From an uncultured Calditrichaceae bacterium (GTDB lineage Bacteria; Calditrichota; Calditrichia; Calditrichales; J004): 57,643 nucleotides of DNA. A program made the translations under genes and the position numbers. Shown piece after piece: positions 10,045 to 19,400 of this stretch (the first letter of the stretch is position 1; every line of letters starts with the position of its first letter). The notes beneath the pieces are model-generated. The model saw nothing but the letters and a program-made list of their open reading frames with translations, made no database searches and was not told where the DNA came from. The stretch lies in contig CAYWBI010000007.1 in NCBI GenBank assembly GCA_964456445.1, positions 1 to 57,643 on the forward strand. The letters run 5' to 3'.

Positions 10045-11556
10045 TTATGAACGGTTACGTTTTAGAAAAACAAAAACACCCGCAATCACCAGCGCCAGGG
10101 GGATAATGATCACCACCAGATAAAACAATATGGAGACGTCGGCGCGGGTCATGGTAAGGGTTTGATTTTCCAGTTTTTTTGGCCGGATGGAAATCAGGTC
10201 TTCCGAATCGGTCAGATAGTTCACCGTATTCAGAAAAAGGTTGCCATTTCCCTGTTGACCAAAATAGGCGTTACTTGCGAAATCGGAATCGCCAAAAACG
10301 ATAACAATCGAATTGCTGTTTCCTTCTTTCTTTTTTGCGAGAACCGCCACGGTTACAGGTCCGGGTGCATCCACACCGGCGTTAAAAGCAACTTCCTTGG
10401 TTTTGTAATCCTTTTCGCCCCAGCTTTGCTTTGACGTCATGGCCAATTTTGTTGTCTGCCAGCCATCCGCCGGAACATGTGGTTTTACAGATGAGGCATA
10501 AGGGAAAAATGTCATCAGGGTAAAACCCTTGGTTATCGGATTTGTTTTGTCATAGCTTTGTACCAACGGTACGGCAGGACCGGTACCAAACAATTGTCCA
10601 AACCCCGATGCGTCCACCACCATATTATCCGCAACGTCAATTTTAAAAACGGCCGCGAAATCCCGCAGTTGTTGAGGGCTTTCGGGATCAAGCAGCATCA
10701 ACAGCTTACCGCCCTTTTTCACATAGCTTGTTAACGAATCCAATTCCGCTTGTACAAAATCAACCTTTGGCGAAGCAATAACCACGATAGTGGCACTGTC
10801 CGGTACCGAACGGCGGCGTACAAGATTGAAGGACCGGGCGGCATGATTGTCTGCCCTGATTTGTTCCACAGCCTTACTGTAACCTTTGGGGCCTTTTTCA
10901 CCGATGGAATGTTCCCCATGACCCGTGGTAAAATAAATGGCTTTGTCTTTATCACTCGTTACCTTTATCAGGGCATTGGTCAGGTTTACTTCGTTTAATT
11001 TTTTTACGACTTCCCTTTTTGCCCCGGATTCCACGGCCAGGCTGTTATATTGTTTGATATTATATTGCCGGGCTATTTGCGGTTGTTCATCGGGGTCAAT
11101 CATTTCAAAACTAAAGTTAGCGGAACGATAACCATATTCCGATAACAGGTCTTTTGCGCCTTCATCTTCCGCGGTTTTAAAAAAGGCCTTTACCGTAACC
11201 GGTTTTTTCAGATTCTCCAGAATTTTTAATGTTTGACCAGACAAACTGTACAGGTTGTTCTTGGTCAAATCCGTACGGTAATGATGACGGGTTGTCAGGA
11301 AAGCCAATAAGGTCACAACTACAAGTACGGAAACAATTTGTACAACCATATTCGAACCCTGTTTAACCGCCATACTGGATATCTCTTTTTGACGGTTGGC
11401 ATAATAATCATAGATGAACCAGGCAAGCGCCAACACCCCGAGGATCAACAGGGCCCAGTTCAAGCCGCCCCAAATTTTTTCAATGGAATACCAGATAAGG
11501 CTGAGAGCAGTCAATACCAGCCCGGCCCATCCTGCAATCGAAGTTATTTTTTTCAT
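10045..11556 (-). CDS. GldG-like ABC transporter auxiliary component
   Basis: DLTKNNLYSLS, IYFTTGHGE, GGKLLMLLDP, VFGDSDF and NGNLFLNTVNYL motifs; N- and C-terminal TMs. Confidence 0.88.
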   Translation of the reverse strand: MKKITSIAGWAGLVLTALSLIWYSIEKIWGGLNWALLILGVLALAWFIYDYYANRQKEISSMAVKQGSNMVVQIVSVLVVVTLLAFLTTRHHYRTDLTKNNLYSLSGQTLKILENLKKPVTVKAFFKTAEDEGAKDLLSEYGYRSANFSFEMIDPDEQPQIARQYNIKQYNSLAVESGAKREVVKKLNEVNLTNALIKVTSDKDKAIYFTTGHGEHSIGEKGPKGYSKAVEQIRADNHAARSFNLVRRRSVPDSATIVVIASPKVDFVQAELDSLTSYVKKGGKLLMLLDPESPQQLRDFAAVFKIDVADNMVVDASGFGQLFGTGPAVPLVQSYDKTNPITKGFTLMTFFPYASSVKPHVPADGWQTTKLAMTSKQSWGEKDYKTKEVAFNAGVDAPGPVTVAVLAKKKEGNSNSIVIVFGDSDFASNAYFGQQGNGNLFLNTVNYLTDSEDLISIRPKKLENQTLTMTRADVSILFYLVVIIIPLALVIAGVFVFLKRNRS

Positions 11557-11600
11557 TTTAAATTTGCTCCGTTTATATCTTTTAGTTCAAAATAAATCGC

Positions 11601-12401
11601 TTACGCGCGCCATTTTACCGACTCAACCGTTTTCAGCGAGAGGTATATCCCAACAATGCTGAAGAGGATGTAGTAGGCCACATTGGACGAGTCTATCACA
11701 CCCTGGGCAAAATCTTCAAAATGATTGATGATGGACAAATAGTTTAAAACCGGACCAAGTGTTGCACCGGCAGAAGCGGCCCCGGCACCCACCACCCATA
11801 GCAGAAGAGACAAACCAAACCCACCAATTGCGGCAATAATTTGGTTTTCCGTTGTGGTGGAAATAAACAATCCAACAGAAATATAGGCGCTGCCCATGAG
11901 TATAAGTCCAAGATAGCCGCTAATAACCGGCCAGGGCTCGGGATTTCCATAAACAAAGAGCAGGCTTTGGAAAAACATCGTCGGCAATAGAAGCATCAGA
12001 AAGAATGCCAGCCCCGCCAGAAACTTGGCCAGAACTATCTGGAGCGGGGTTATAGGCGTAGTGTATAACAGTTCAACCGTACCACTGCGTTTTTCTTCAG
12101 AAAAAAGCCGCATGGTCATCATCGGTAAAAAGAACAGGGCTATCATGGCCAGATTAAAAAAATACGGACGGATAACCATCATATTAATATTTAAGGTCCG
12201 TGGCGCCATACGATATTGCTGGGCCTGAATTTGATTCATAAAAGCCGTTTGCACAAAACTGTTTGTCATCAAATAGAAAAAATATCCGGCGATAACCGTA
12301 AACAAGGCTATGATGACATAGGCGATGGGCGAATAAAAATAGGATTTAAATTCTTTTTTAAAGATCGCATTTATTACAGTCATTTTATGCAGCCTCCTCA
12401 T
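11601..12401 (-). CDS. GldF-like ABC-2 permease
   Basis: KKEFKSYFYSPIAY, MRLFSEEKRSGTVELL, TENQIIA; multiple TMs; alternative start 12383. Confidence 0.88.
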   Translation of the reverse strand: MRRLHKMTVINAIFKKEFKSYFYSPIAYVIIALFTVIAGYFFYLMTNSFVQTAFMNQIQAQQYRMAPRTLNINMMVIRPYFFNLAMIALFFLPMMTMRLFSEEKRSGTVELLYTTPITPLQIVLAKFLAGLAFFLMLLLPTMFFQSLLFVYGNPEPWPVISGYLGLILMGSAYISVGLFISTTTENQIIAAIGGFGLSLLLWVVGAGAASAGATLGPVLNYLSIINHFEDFAQGVIDSSNVAYYILFSIVGIYLSLKTVESVKWRA

Positions 12402-13320
12402 TGGTCGTTAATTTCAGGAAGATATCTTCGAGCGAAAATTTATCCGCGCTGAGTTCCAGCAGTCCAAGATCATTTTTAACTATGGCGCGGGCCAAATCCT
12501 TGCGAATATCGGCGGTACTTTTAACCTGCACACTGAGTTGCCCCTTTCCATCGGCGCTAAAAGTCAGCTCGTCGATGCCGGTAATTTTTTCCAGTACCTT
12601 ACGGGCCTGTGCTTCATCTGCTTCCAGCAACATGTGCACCTGCTCGCCGCCGGAAAGCCTTTTCTTTAAATTCTCCGGGGTATCCTGCGCAACCACCCGG
12701 CCATCATTAATAATAACCACACGTTCACAGGTCTGCTCGATTTCCGGAAGAATGTGAGAGGATAATATAACGGTGTGTTCACCGGCCAGACCGCGAATCA
12801 ACTGACGGATTTCGATGATTTGTTTGGGATCAAGCCCAACCGTCGGTTCGTCAAGGATAACAATCCTTGGATTGTTGAGCAGGCTTTGCGCCAAACCCAC
12901 ACGTTGTTTATAACCTTTTGACAGTTTACCGATGATACGGTTCTGCACGTCGCCCAGGCTTGCTTTTTCTATCACCGAGGCAATTTCTTTTGCGATGGAC
13001 TCCTTGGGCACGCCTTTGATACGCGCGACAAATTTAAGATAGTCAGTCACCGAAAATTCCATATATAACGGTGGATTTTCCGGCAGATAGCCCGTGATGC
13101 GGCGGACGTCCATGCTTTGTTTAAAAATATCAAAACCCCCAACGGTCGCATGACCGGAAGTGGGCGGCATATAACAGGTAAGGATACGCATTGTAGTTGT
13201 TTTTCCGGCCCCGTTTGGCCCCAGCATACCCAATATTTCACCGCTTTTTACGTTAAACGTAACATCGGAGATGGCGCGTTTTTCACCGTAATAGCGTGTC
13301 AACCCTTCAATCTGGATCAC
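12385..13320 (-). CDS. GldA-like ABC transporter ATP-binding protein
   Basis: Walker A GPNGAGKTT, signature LSKGYKQR, Walker B ILDEP, H-loop SSH. Confidence 0.92.
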   Translation of the reverse strand: MIQIEGLTRYYGEKRAISDVTFNVKSGEILGMLGPNGAGKTTTMRILTCYMPPTSGHATVGGFDIFKQSMDVRRITGYLPENPPLYMEFSVTDYLKFVARIKGVPKESIAKEIASVIEKASLGDVQNRIIGKLSKGYKQRVGLAQSLLNNPRIVILDEPTVGLDPKQIIEIRQLIRGLAGEHTVILSSHILPEIEQTCERVVIINDGRVVAQDTPENLKKRLSGGEQVHMLLEADEAQARKVLEKITGIDELTFSADGKGQLSVQVKSTADIRKDLARAIVKNDLGLLELSADKFSLEDIFLKLTTNEEAA

Positions 13321-13336
13321 TTTATAACCTCCGCGT

Positions 13337-14314
13337 TTAATTACTTATTGTTACTTCATTTTCTTCACTTGTTTCCGGCTCAAAAACCAGCATGGTTTCT
13401 TCTACAAAAGCCCTGGTTTCCGTTTTAATTTCCTGTGTGCGTTCTTCCGTCGGCACATGTTTGGCAAATTTCACAAGATCGGCGTCATGTAATATCCGGG
13501 CGAGACGTGCCAGCAACCCTTCATCTATATGACCGGCCATATCCCTTAATATATCTGTTGTGGTCTGTTCCATGGCAGGCACAAAGTAACGACCTTCAAT
13601 ATAGCCGCGCAGGATATCTGACAAATCGCTATAGAATTTTTTATAAGCGCCTTTTTGCAACAGATCGGATGCAAATAATTTATCCAATGCCTCCAAAGCA
13701 ATTTCATGCGCGGGGCGTGGTTTTGGGGGCGGTACAAATAAATAGCCCTTTTCCTGTTTCTGTTTATATGCACGATAACCCAGCCAGGCCGCCAAAAGAA
13801 CCATCAAAACAATGGCCAGCATGGAATAGACAAATTTCCAATCGAAAGGGATATCTATCGGCGGCTTTACATCCTTCAGGCTTAGCGAATCCGTCCCGCT
13901 CAACAGCGAGCGCACATAAATATCTATGGCCCCCGCCTTTATAATTTTATAGACCGATGAGCTATCCGGGAAATAGGCCACCGGAAACGGCGGTATAACA
14001 AAATGCCCCGTATCGAATACCGAAATGGTAAAATTGAATTTCTCACTGACAATGCCGTCTTTTTCCTGCGGTTTCGGGAAATCATAACTTTTGATTTCGA
14101 ACTGACCAAGGTTCATTCCTTCACCCGGGCGTTCCACGCGCAAACCCCGGGCATGTTTGATGGTTATCGAGTAATGGATGCGGTCACCGATGGTTATATT
14201 GGAGGTGTCCACCGACGAATTCACCTCGATCAGGGCCCCCTCTTGTGCAATAACAGGATAACATCCAAACAGGGTTATACCAATAAGAAAAAGCAGATAT
14301 CGTTTCATTTTCAT
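13337..14314 (-). CDS. Bat-operon-associated membrane protein (BatD-like Ig domain, TM, cytoplasmic helical domain)
   Basis: Signal peptide, ITIGD...SVFDTG, LKDVKPP, TM, AHEIAL...YIEGRY...AMEQTT...ADLVKFAK as in the ORF usually found between DUF58 and batA. Confidence 0.75.
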   Translation of the reverse strand: MKMKRYLLFLIGITLFGCYPVIAQEGALIEVNSSVDTSNITIGDRIHYSITIKHARGLRVERPGEGMNLGQFEIKSYDFPKPQEKDGIVSEKFNFTISVFDTGHFVIPPFPVAYFPDSSSVYKIIKAGAIDIYVRSLLSGTDSLSLKDVKPPIDIPFDWKFVYSMLAIVLMVLLAAWLGYRAYKQKQEKGYLFVPPPKPRPAHEIALEALDKLFASDLLQKGAYKKFYSDLSDILRGYIEGRYFVPAMEQTTTDILRDMAGHIDEGLLARLARILHDADLVKFAKHVPTEERTQEIKTETRAFVEETMLVFEPETSEENEVTISN

Positions 14315-14317
14315 CGT

Positions 14318-15253
14318 TTATTTTACCCTGTCCTGAAAAATGGTCACATCGTTGGCTTTTATCAACCGCTGGGCCAACTCATTATAAGCCTGCTGCTGAC
14401 GCTCCCTGGCCAGATCCTGCGCCGCCTGTTGCACGGCTTCGTTATAAGAAAGTTGACGTTTTGTTTTGCCGTCTTTGTCACGTTCTACATACCGATCCTT
14501 ATGCGCCTTATAGTACAGTTCCACATCGGCCGGCGAAACTTTTACCTTATCCTGCAGTTCCTTCTGCAAAACTTTTTCGGCCATCAGGCTTTTCTCCGCA
14601 CGGAAAGCCCCCTCAACAACATCCTTGTCCTTATCAAGACCCTGACGCCGGGCTGAATCATACAAAAGCTCACCGACAATATATTGTTGTAAAAAAGTCT
14701 GGCGTGATTTTTTATCCTTGAATTGCGCCCTGGCATATTCGGGCATATTTTTTATTTCAAAATCCAAATCACCCTGCGTTATTTCACGTTTGCCGATCCT
14801 GGCCAAAACAGCGCCGGGGCGTTTTTGTTCACCCGGTTTTAAAGCCGCGGATTGCGCGACATAGCGACTGGCGTCCGTACTGCGTTTGAGACGTTCCAGG
14901 CAGTTTACGATTTTCCTGGCAACATCGCCCTGCAGCTTTGACCCCGGATATAATATTTTGATTTTAAAATAATATTCCAGTGCTTTTTGATAGTCATGGC
15001 TGCGCTCGAAATAAATATTGGCAATGGTATAAAAGGTGTTGGCGCGGCGGACGTCATCCAGGGTATGATCGGCAAGATAATCCAGATAGGTTTTTACCGC
15101 AGCTTCGTATAAACCATTGTTATAATAAGCATTGGCCAACTGAATTTGAGCAGAGGGATCGCTGACCGTTTTTTGCGTTTTATTTCCACAGGATAAAATT
15201 CCGCCAAACAACAAAACTAGTCCCGCTGTATAAAATAAAATCGATTTACTCAT
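14318..15253 (-). CDS. TPR lipoprotein with SurA/PrsA N-terminal-like chaperone domain
   Basis: Lipobox ILSC, TPR segments, then VLARIGKREITQGD...LLYDSARRQGLD...VELYYKAHKDRY resembling PrsA/SurA helical domains; no clear parvulin core; ORF track start 15316. Confidence 0.7.
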   Translation of the reverse strand: MSKSILFYTAGLVLLFGGILSCGNKTQKTVSDPSAQIQLANAYYNNGLYEAAVKTYLDYLADHTLDDVRRANTFYTIANIYFERSHDYQKALEYYFKIKILYPGSKLQGDVARKIVNCLERLKRSTDASRYVAQSAALKPGEQKRPGAVLARIGKREITQGDLDFEIKNMPEYARAQFKDKKSRQTFLQQYIVGELLYDSARRQGLDKDKDVVEGAFRAEKSLMAEKVLQKELQDKVKVSPADVELYYKAHKDRYVERDKDGKTKRQLSYNEAVQQAAQDLARERQQQAYNELAQRLIKANDVTIFQDRVK

Positions 15254-15362
15254 GTTAATAACCATTTTTAAGTTAGAACCAAAAACCAAAACCAATTTCA
15301 GGGCCATTACCCGCAAAAAGAAAGATGGGAATCAACAAAAAACGCATGATAATCTCTCCGGC

Positions 15363-16361
15363 TTATACAGATAACCGCCGGGCCCGCATTTTAAAAAATC
15401 GCGTTATCGGCTCAATATAAGAGCGGTCCGTTAAGACTTCGATATGGTCAACCCCTATCGAGCGGAAGAGGTTCCGAAGCTTGCTATGATGCATCCGGGC
15501 ATCGTTATAAAAATCATTTCTTACACCAGAGCTGCCCGTATCCAACAAGGCAAGTTCGCCTGTTTCGGCATCCTCGAGTTCGATCAGCCCCACATTTGGC
15601 ATGGTCACCTCGCGCGGGTCCGTGATGCTGATGGCGATAATATCATGTTTGCGGTTTGCCACATGCAGAGCCTTCTCAAAATCACCGGTTAGAAAGTCCG
15701 ATATAAGAAATACCGTTGAACGTCGCTTTATAATTCTGCTGAGGTATTCCAGGCCGATACTCAAATCCGTGCGGGATTCCTGGGGTTTATAAAACAAAAT
15801 TTCGCGGATGACCCGTAAGACGTGTTTTTTGCCTTTGCGCGGCGGGATAAATTTTTCAATTTTATCCGAAAAGATCATCAATCCGACTTTATCATTATTT
15901 TTAATGGCAGAAAAAGCCAGCACCGCAGAAAGCTCGGCGGCGACTTCCCTTTTCATCTGCATCGCTGTGCCAAAATTTCCACTGGAGCTCACATCCACCA
16001 TAAGCATCACCGTCAGCTCACGTTCTTCTTCAAAAACTTTTATAAAGGGTTTACCGCTACGGGCGGATACATTCCAGTCGATCAAACGCACATCATCGCC
16101 GGGTTGGTATTCCCGCACTTCCGCAAATTCCATTCCCCGTCCCTTGAACACGGAATGATATTCACCGGAAAAGACATCGTTGACCACCGCACGTGTGGAA
16201 ATCTCAATCTGTTTTACCTTTTTAAGAATCCTGCGTGTGGCGTCTTCCCGGCTTAGCCCGGGAATCTGCTCACTTTCTTCAGCCGATTTTTTGATCAGCA
16301 GGAACAACAACAGTAATAAAATTATTGCCGATCCTACAATGATAACGAGTGTTTGAATCAT
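15363..16361 (-). CDS. DUF58 protein (MoxR partner) with N-terminal TM
   Basis: GEYHSVFKGRGMEFAEVREYQPGDDVRLIDWNVSAR, EEEREL, DVSSS, ISDF. Confidence 0.93.
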   Translation of the reverse strand: MIQTLVIIVGSAIILLLLLFLLIKKSAEESEQIPGLSREDATRRILKKVKQIEISTRAVVNDVFSGEYHSVFKGRGMEFAEVREYQPGDDVRLIDWNVSARSGKPFIKVFEEERELTVMLMVDVSSSGNFGTAMQMKREVAAELSAVLAFSAIKNNDKVGLMIFSDKIEKFIPPRKGKKHVLRVIREILFYKPQESRTDLSIGLEYLSRIIKRRSTVFLISDFLTGDFEKALHVANRKHDIIAISITDPREVTMPNVGLIELEDAETGELALLDTGSSGVRNDFYNDARMHHSKLRNLFRSIGVDHIEVLTDRSYIEPITRFFKMRARRLSV

Positions 16362-16457
16362 AACTTTTTACACAGGGGTCTTTTGATATTTTATTTAATT
16401 TAGGGACGGATAAATATTTGCCGTTCCACCGATGGTTCTTTTTCACTGTTTCCGGGT

Positions 16458-17447
16458 CTATGGTACTTCCACACGGTTGAGCACCTTACGGATCACATCT
16501 TCCGTGCTCATATTTTCCGCTTCGGCCTCATACGAGAGAATGATGCGGTGGCGCATAACATCCATGCCGATCGAACGAACGTCTTCGGGCGTTACATATC
16601 CTCGGCGGCGCAAAAAGGCATGGGCCTTTGCTGCCAGCGTAAGCGAGATAGATGCACGGGGGCTGGCGCCAAAGGTCAGCAGACCCTTCAAATCATCCAG
16701 GCCATAGTGCTTAGGCTCACGTGTGGCAAAAACGATATCAATGATGTACTTTTCGATCTTTTCATCTACATAAACATCCTTGACAACATCACGGGCCTTT
16801 AAGATTTCTTCAGGTGAGATTACGGCATTCACCGTGACTTTTTCCTTCCGGGTCTGACGGCGTACAATCTCCAACTCTTCTTCTTTTGTGGGATAACCAA
16901 CCTGTAGCTTGAGCATAAAACGGTCAACCTGTGCTTCCGGCAGTGGATATGTCCCCTCCTGTTCGATGGGGTTTTGCGTGGCCAGCACCAAAAAGGGATC
17001 GTCCAATTTAAAGGTATTTTCACCGATGGTTACCTGGCGTTCCTGCATGGCTTCCAGCAAGGCGCTCTGCACCTTTGCCGGGGAACGGTTTATCTCGTCC
17101 GCCAGAATCATATTGCTGAATACCGGACCTTTTTTGGTAGTAAACTTTCCTTCCTTCTGATTATAGATCAGCGTCCCGATCAAGTCCGCTGGCAACAGAT
17201 CCGGGGTGAACTGGATACGTTGAAATTTTGTATGGATGGTTTCGGAAAGCGTTTTAACCGCCAGCGTTTTTGCCAGACCGGGAACGCCTTCCAGCAGGAT
17301 ATGCCCGTTGGAGAGCAAGCCGATAAGCAAACGTTCCATCATATAACGCTGCCCAACAATAACCTTGGATACTTCGTCCAGGACTTTATCAACAAACTGG
17401 GACTCTTGGGCGATTTTTTCATTTATGGCTTGGATATCAGGATTCAT
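16458..17447 (-). CDS. moxR: MoxR-family AAA+ ATPase
   Basis: Walker A GVPGLAKT, RIQFTPDLLPAD, Walker B LADEINR, ATQNPIEQEGTYPLPEAQVDRF, GASPRA. Confidence 0.96.
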   Translation of the reverse strand: MNPDIQAINEKIAQESQFVDKVLDEVSKVIVGQRYMMERLLIGLLSNGHILLEGVPGLAKTLAVKTLSETIHTKFQRIQFTPDLLPADLIGTLIYNQKEGKFTTKKGPVFSNMILADEINRSPAKVQSALLEAMQERQVTIGENTFKLDDPFLVLATQNPIEQEGTYPLPEAQVDRFMLKLQVGYPTKEEELEIVRRQTRKEKVTVNAVISPEEILKARDVVKDVYVDEKIEKYIIDIVFATREPKHYGLDDLKGLLTFGASPRASISLTLAAKAHAFLRRRGYVTPEDVRSIGMDVMRHRIILSYEAEAENMSTEDVIRKVLNRVEVP

Positions 17448-17452
17448 GGTTT

Positions 17453-18367
17453 TTATTCTTCTCCTGTTTCTGGTTTTTGCATGTTATTTTTAAGAATTAA
17501 TTCCACACTATCATAAAGCAGATGAATATCCGCCGGGTCGGCCTTTTCACCCGCAAAACGGATTTGATCCGCTTTTCCGGCTAACTTTTCAATCCGGACA
17601 ATAAGATCCGAAGGCTGATTCAAAGCCTTGAGACGGTCAATCAGGATGTCATTGGATATTGTTCCGGGGATGGCAAATCGTTCTGCAATATAGCTGGCCA
17701 ACAGTTTATAAATCGAAGCCAAATTCTCTTCATTTTTATTGTTGCCGGGATGGATATCATCGTTTAACAAACTGAGATATTTTTCTTCAAGACTCAGCGG
17801 TTTCTGTTCGTTTAGTTCTTTCGCCTTGTTCCGTTGCTGAAAAAAGCGGATAAAGGCATAAATAATCGCCAGCACGAAACCGATCAACAGGGCCCATAAA
17901 ACGATTGAACCGGGTAAAAACTCCTTGTTTTTTTTAGCGATTGGATCACCGATTTTTATCGAAACACGTTTGGTTACTAAATGCTCCTGCTGATGGGTTT
18001 TCGTGTTTTCATAAGTCAGGGTTGCCCCATCGACATAGGCCATGCCAATTTCCTGTGGCGTGTAATAATAGATAACCGAACGTACCGCCTGCGGTTTGCC
18101 CTTTACGATAGTCACCTTATTACCCGAACCCGAACCACGTAATTTAAGATTGGAAACTACCGGGTCATTGATATCATCGAACTGGTACTCACTCAGATCA
18201 CCCTGCCAGGCTATCTCGACATGATAGGCTACCTCGCCGTTGAGCGGGGTGTCATCCGATTCAACATAAGCCCGCACGGAAACAGATGAGAGTGTAGAAT
18301 CCGGCATGGCCAATAGCGGACCAGAGGAGAAAACCAACAGAATAACAAGACAGGCTAAATTTTTCAT
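17453..18367 (-). CDS. BatD-like single-TM hypothetical protein
   Basis: Signal peptide from 18367, Ig-like N-domain, TM, C-terminal ...ADQIRFAG paralleling 13337..14314; ORF track start 18418. Confidence 0.65.
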   Translation of the reverse strand: MKNLACLVILLVFSSGPLLAMPDSTLSSVSVRAYVESDDTPLNGEVAYHVEIAWQGDLSEYQFDDINDPVVSNLKLRGSGSGNKVTIVKGKPQAVRSVIYYYTPQEIGMAYVDGATLTYENTKTHQQEHLVTKRVSIKIGDPIAKKNKEFLPGSIVLWALLIGFVLAIIYAFIRFFQQRNKAKELNEQKPLSLEEKYLSLLNDDIHPGNNKNEENLASIYKLLASYIAERFAIPGTISNDILIDRLKALNQPSDLIVRIEKLAGKADQIRFAGEKADPADIHLLYDSVELILKNNMQKPETGEE

Positions 18368-18483
18368 TAATCCATTCATCACTTTTGTAGATGCGTTAAT
18401 TTTAACAGAAACCAACAATTAGAAATAATTATTTGTCGGACCATCTTTTATTTTCATCACGGTTCCGCGACCAAATTATTCTT

Positions 18484-18882
18484 TTATGGTTTAGTATTTA
18501 CTGTTTTGCCAGAATCGGATTTGTTCAGATTTTTAAACATGGGCAATGTATTGATATCCTGCCCCATGGTTTCCAATTCATATTTCGCTGCGCTGACAAG
18601 GGTATCATTGGGAAATTTTTCGATAAATTCGTTATAATATTTTCGGGCTTCATCATATTTTTTCAGATCATTGGCATGGATATAGCCCAGCATAAAAACG
18701 GCCTTGGAATAGTTTTCGCCCTTGGGATAAGTTTCAATCTGCTTTTTAAAATTATCAACAGCTGTCAAAATATCCTTGGCGGAATACGCTTCATTGGCTT
18801 TGTTGTAATACTCGGATTCGCTCATTTTTTTACTACATGAGATAACAGCAATCATCAGTAAAAAGGATAAAAAATATTTCAT
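18484..18882 (-). CDS. TPR lipoprotein (BamD/YbgF-like)
   Basis: Lipobox VISC; TPR with YP...AVFMLGYI...ARKYY...FP. Confidence 0.8.
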   Translation of the reverse strand: MKYFLSFLLMIAVISCSKKMSESEYYNKANEAYSAKDILTAVDNFKKQIETYPKGENYSKAVFMLGYIHANDLKKYDEARKYYNEFIEKFPNDTLVSAAKYELETMGQDINTLPMFKNLNKSDSGKTVNTKP

Positions 18883-19400
18883 TAATAATCTCCTGGATTG
18901 AATAAAAGGTCATTTAAAAAAACAAATAATTTAATGGGTGCACCTTATCAAAGCAACCAAGATTTTCCGTTACAGGTCGAACTTGTTTTCCCTTTAAACG
19001 AGGCCAATATATTTTATAAGAATGAAGCGAAAATGAAGATACGGAAAAAGTTCCGGGCGATGGATAATTTTTGGATACCGGTAATATTGCCGGGGAAAAA
19101 TACAAATGGTATAATTAGATAGCGACATGTCTTGAATTATTGATATTGAGGCTGTACTTTGTGTTGTTTGTTTTTCCATTGATTCACAGTCTTAAAGTTT
19201 CATATTTAATAAACGCTTTTTGTCAATATCAAGCGATATGTGATTTGTACTTAACTAAAGATTAATAAATTGGGTTTAAGTTCAGAAAATGTTATGCGAC
19301 AATATACTTTTATTAGATACCTGATTTATGTTTCTTAAATTAAATCTTCATCCTCAGTGGAATTTGTTTTTATATTTTTTGAACACACTACGGAAACTAC

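Noticed and set aside
8708-13320. Gliding motility locus
   Set aside because: GldAFG-like ABC systems are widespread in non-gliding bacteria and no gldJ/K/L/M/N or spr genes are in the window
18883-19400. Short ORFs and promoter calls in the AT-rich divergent region
   Set aside because: ORFs lack coding features; divergent promoters are likely but no specific site can be supported
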